Shown here: positions 61,333-64,000 of the stretch, piece after piece
How positions within the stretch are numbered: the first letter of the stretch is position 1
How the letters are laid out: each line of letters begins with the position of its first letter
Source: Acidobacteriota bacterium
Lineage (GTDB): Bacteria > Acidobacteriota > UBA6911 > RPQK01 > JAJDTT01
Assembly: GCA_965209055.1 (NCBI GenBank)
Contig: OZ242374.1
Coordinates: forward strand, 832,001 to 896,000
Length of the DNA stretch: 64,000 bases
Direction of reading: 5' to 3'
Made by a program: the position numbers and the translations under genes
The notes under the pieces: generated by a model
What the model was told of the DNA's origin: nothing
The model's database searches: none
What the model saw: the letters and a program-made list of their open reading frames with translations, nothing else

Positions 61333-64000
61333 CTAGAAGTTGTTGCCCCAGGTGTAGCCGACCCGGACATAGTAGTAGCCGCCGTTGAAGCCGAACGGCC
61401 CGAACTGTCCGTAGCGGTTGCCCACTCCGGCCAGGGCGCCCGGATTCTCGTCCGGGTAGGTATTGAAGACGTTCTGCGCTCCGACCGACAGCGTGACGTT
61501 TTTGATCGGGATGCCGAGCTCGACGTCGACCAGCGGTTTGCCGGCGTACAGCGGATACAGGTGCGAATTTGCCACGCCCATCGCCGAGCGCGCGTCCTCC
61601 CGATCCCAGTACGAACCGTAATAGTGCATCCGGGCCATCAGGGTCCAATGGCTTGTGGTGTGGGTGGCCCCGAAGTTCCAGCGAATCCTCGGCAGCCCCA
61701 GGGTCAGCGACGTGACCCGGTCCGTGTCGAAGTGCTCCTCGCTGAACTCGGTCACTTGCGTGTCCGTGTAGTTGAAAACGCCGGTGAACGTGGTCCGCCC
61801 GCCGATGGCCAGCGGCGTCCAGGACGCGACGAGATCGACCCCCTGCGTGAGGGTCGAGAAGTCGTTCACGAAGAAGCGGAACGCGGCAAGGTTGCCGGCT
61901 TCGGTAATCCCGTCGGCCAGCAGCGTCTCGACCTCGTTTTCCGAAAGGTTGTAGTTCCTCGTGATGGTGAGCCGGTCCGACACGTCGACGCGGAAAAAGT
62001 CGGCGGTGAAGGTGAACGGCCCACCGGTGTCGACAACCGCCCCGAGCGAGTAGTTGATCGACTGTTCCGGCTGCAGTGCCACCCCGCCCCGAAGCGCCGC
62101 GACCGGCGACGTGGACGGGATGGTGCCGTTGTTGATCAGGTCGTTCAGCGCGTAGTCGAACTCGGTCGTTACGTTCAGCACGTTCTGCTGACCCGGCGTC
62201 GGGGCGCGGAAGCCGCTGCTGACCGCGGCACGCAACGCGAAGATGTCGGTGAAGCCGTAGCGCGCCGACAGCTTGCCGTTTATGGTCGTGCCGAAGCTGT
62301 CGTAGAAGTCCTCGACGCGTACCGCGCCACCGACGTTCCAGTCGTTGGCGCCGCCGTGCAGTTCGACATCGCCGTAAAACGCGTAATTGGCGCGGTCCCA
62401 GGTGCCGGCGTTCTCGGGCCGCGTGCCGTTGTAGCCGTTGGAGGCGGAGCTGAAGCCCTGAGACCCGTAAGGGCCGATGGCCCAGGACGCCGGATCACCT
62501 TCGCCGAGGTGGTACTGCTCGTTCCGCCACTCGAAGCCCCCGGCGACGTTGACCATGTCGCTCGCGGCGTACGACAGGTCCGTGTTGAAGCTGTTTTCGG
62601 TCTGCTGCAGCAGGTTCGGCTCGAACCGGGTCGGGCTGTCGGGGCCGAGAGAGGCGTTGACCGTGTCAAAGATGAAGGTCTGCACGTGGTTCCGGCCGGT
62701 GGAACCGCTGACGTCCCAGTGCAGTCCGTTCGCCAGGGTCCCGCGCAAGCCGGAGACAAATGAGTAATCGTAGACGTCGCCGCCGAACTGGGGCGTGAAG
62801 CCGCCCGGCAGACCGTTCGGTGCGCCAAGGAACGGCTGGTGGAATGTGAAGCAGTTCGGATCGTTGCGGACCGCCGCGAAGGCGGCCGGATCCGGCGTGC
62901 CGTCGACGACTCTGACCGTCGGGCAATTGGACACGCCCACGCCCAGGCCCTTCGCCTCCTGCACGTCGCCGACCAGCAACGTCTCGCCGCCGTCGATCGA
63001 ATAAACGTTGCCGCGGTTGTTGGGATTCCGGTAGTAGAACCCGCCGGTCACCAGTTTACTGGCGTAGTTCGTATGGCCGTAGAACTCCACCTGGTCCCCG
63101 CCGGTGCCGAAGTTGGCGAACAGCTTCAGGTCGTCCTCGACCAGCGGCACGCCCCAGACACGCGACGTGGTGCGCACGTTGGTGTTGCCGCCGTTGATCA
63201 CCGCCGCCGTACCGCTGTCATTGATGGCCCGATTGGTGGGGTTCGTGCCGCCGTACTCGACACTGACGTTCAGGAACCCTTCGGGGCCGAGCGGCAGACC
63301 CACGTTACCGGCGAAAGCGAAGTTCCTGCCGCGACCGCCGATGCCGTTGCACGAGCGGCCGATGGCACCGCACGAGCCCGAGTCCCCGTCGTTCTCGTCG
63401 AAGTACTGGCCGGTGCGGAATTCCATGCTGCCCCCGGAGCGGGCGTTCTTCAACTCGAAGTTGATGACGCCGGCAATGGCGTCGGAACCGTATTGCGCGG
63501 CCGCGCCGTCGCGCAGCACCTCGACCTGCCGCAGAGCGATGGCGGGTATGGTGGACAGATCCGGCCCCTGCGCTCCGTCGGCGATACCATTGCCCAGCCA
63601 GGCGATGACGGCCGCGCGGTGGCGGCGCTTGCCGTTGACGAGGATCAGCGTGTGGTCCGGGGCCATGTTGCGCAGGTTGGCCGGCCGCACGATGGTGGCC
63701 GCGTCGCTGATGGGCTGGGTGTTGACGTTGAAGGAGGGTGTCAGCGTGCGCATCAGGTCGGTGACGTCAGTCGCCCCCTGATTGGTGAAATCCGTGCCGC
63801 CGATCACGTCGACGGGAACCATCGACTCGGTGCTGGACCGCGCTTCGGCACGAGTCCCGACCACGATCAGTTCGGTCTCCAGCAGGACCTCCAGTGTGAA
63901 AGAGACTCTGCCCTCGGACTTGTCCACCAGGTCTTCCAGCACCTGGAAGTTGGGTGCGACTATTACGACCGCATGGGGAGCCGGGCCCAGATCGCAGAAT
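61333..64000 (-). CDS. TonB-dependent receptor, paralog of 52712-55492; 5' end lies beyond the window
   Basis: Same plug motif (EVLRDGAAAQYGSDAIAGVINF). The frame stays open to the window edge (FCDLGPAPHAV matches FCGLGSGPHWV of the paralog). Confidence 0.9.
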   Translation of the reverse strand, partial: FCDLGPAPHAVVIVAPNFQVLEDLVDKSEGRVSFTLEVLLETELIVVGTRAEARSSTESMVPVDVIGGTDFTNQGATDVTDLMRTLTPSFNVNTQPISDAATIVRPANLRNMAPDHTLILVNGKRRHRAAVIAWLGNGIADGAQGPDLSTIPAIALRQVEVLRDGAAAQYGSDAIAGVINFELKNARSGGSMEFRTGQYFDENDGDSGSCGAIGRSCNGIGGRGRNFAFAGNVGLPLGPEGFLNVSVEYGGTNPTNRAINDSGTAAVINGGNTNVRTTSRVWGVPLVEDDLKLFANFGTGGDQVEFYGHTNYASKLVTGGFYYRNPNNRGNVYSIDGGETLLVGDVQEAKGLGVGVSNCPTVRVVDGTPDPAAFAAVRNDPNCFTFHQPFLGAPNGLPGGFTPQFGGDVYDYSFVSGLRGTLANGLHWDVSGSTGRNHVQTFIFDTVNASLGPDSPTRFEPNLLQQTENSFNTDLSYAASDMVNVAGGFEWRNEQYHLGEGDPASWAIGPYGSQGFSSASNGYNGTRPENAGTWDRANYAFYGDVELHGGANDWNVGGAVRVEDFYDSFGTTINGKLSARYGFTDIFALRAAVSSGFRAPTPGQQNVLNVTTEFDYALNDLINNGTIPSTSPVAALRGGVALQPEQSINYSLGAVVDTGGPFTFTADFFRVDVSDRLTITRNYNLSENEVETLLADGITEAGNLAAFRFFVNDFSTLTQGVDLVASWTPLAIGGRTTFTGVFNYTDTQVTEFSEEHFDTDRVTSLTLGLPRIRWNFGATHTTSHWTLMARMHYYGSYWDREDARSAMGVANSHLYPLYAGKPLVDVELGIPIKNVTLSVGAQNVFNTYPDENPGALAGVGNRYGQFGPFGFNGGYYYVRVGYTWGNNF

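Overview
High-GC bacterial window, most likely from an Acidobacterium (GWxTD protein, carboxypeptidase-domain TonB receptors). The gene mix resembles heterotrophic or sponge-associated lineages, which is an inference. Most of the window is a large catabolic and cell-surface region: a sulfatase, a ceramidase-like hydrolase, SDRs, a GH38-like protein, several BNR/sialidase-like and beta-propeller proteins, FG-GAP proteins, a HEAT-SSS transporter fusion, TauD, CocE, two GHL10-like lipoproteins and three TonB-dependent receptors. It also holds a small housekeeping block (thiI, CCA-adding enzyme, tRNA-fMet), a FitA/VapC-type toxin-antitoxin pair, two interrupted genes and many REP-like palindromes. 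The most striking feature is a compact ~3.5-kb integrative element (3565-7107) bounded by a 14-bp direct repeat that splits a host REP-like hairpin. It encodes a lambda-type tyrosine integrase and only three tiny ORFs. It also carries a tRNA-like 5' half at one end, candidate arm-type sites at both ends, a 15-bp inverted repeat linking the integrase leader to the opposite end, and about 1.5 kb of highly structured, mostly non-coding sequence. That sequence includes two inverted 77-bp copies of a motif whose hairpin stem covaries around a conserved TGGTG loop. All calls come from reading the sequence; no database searches were run.
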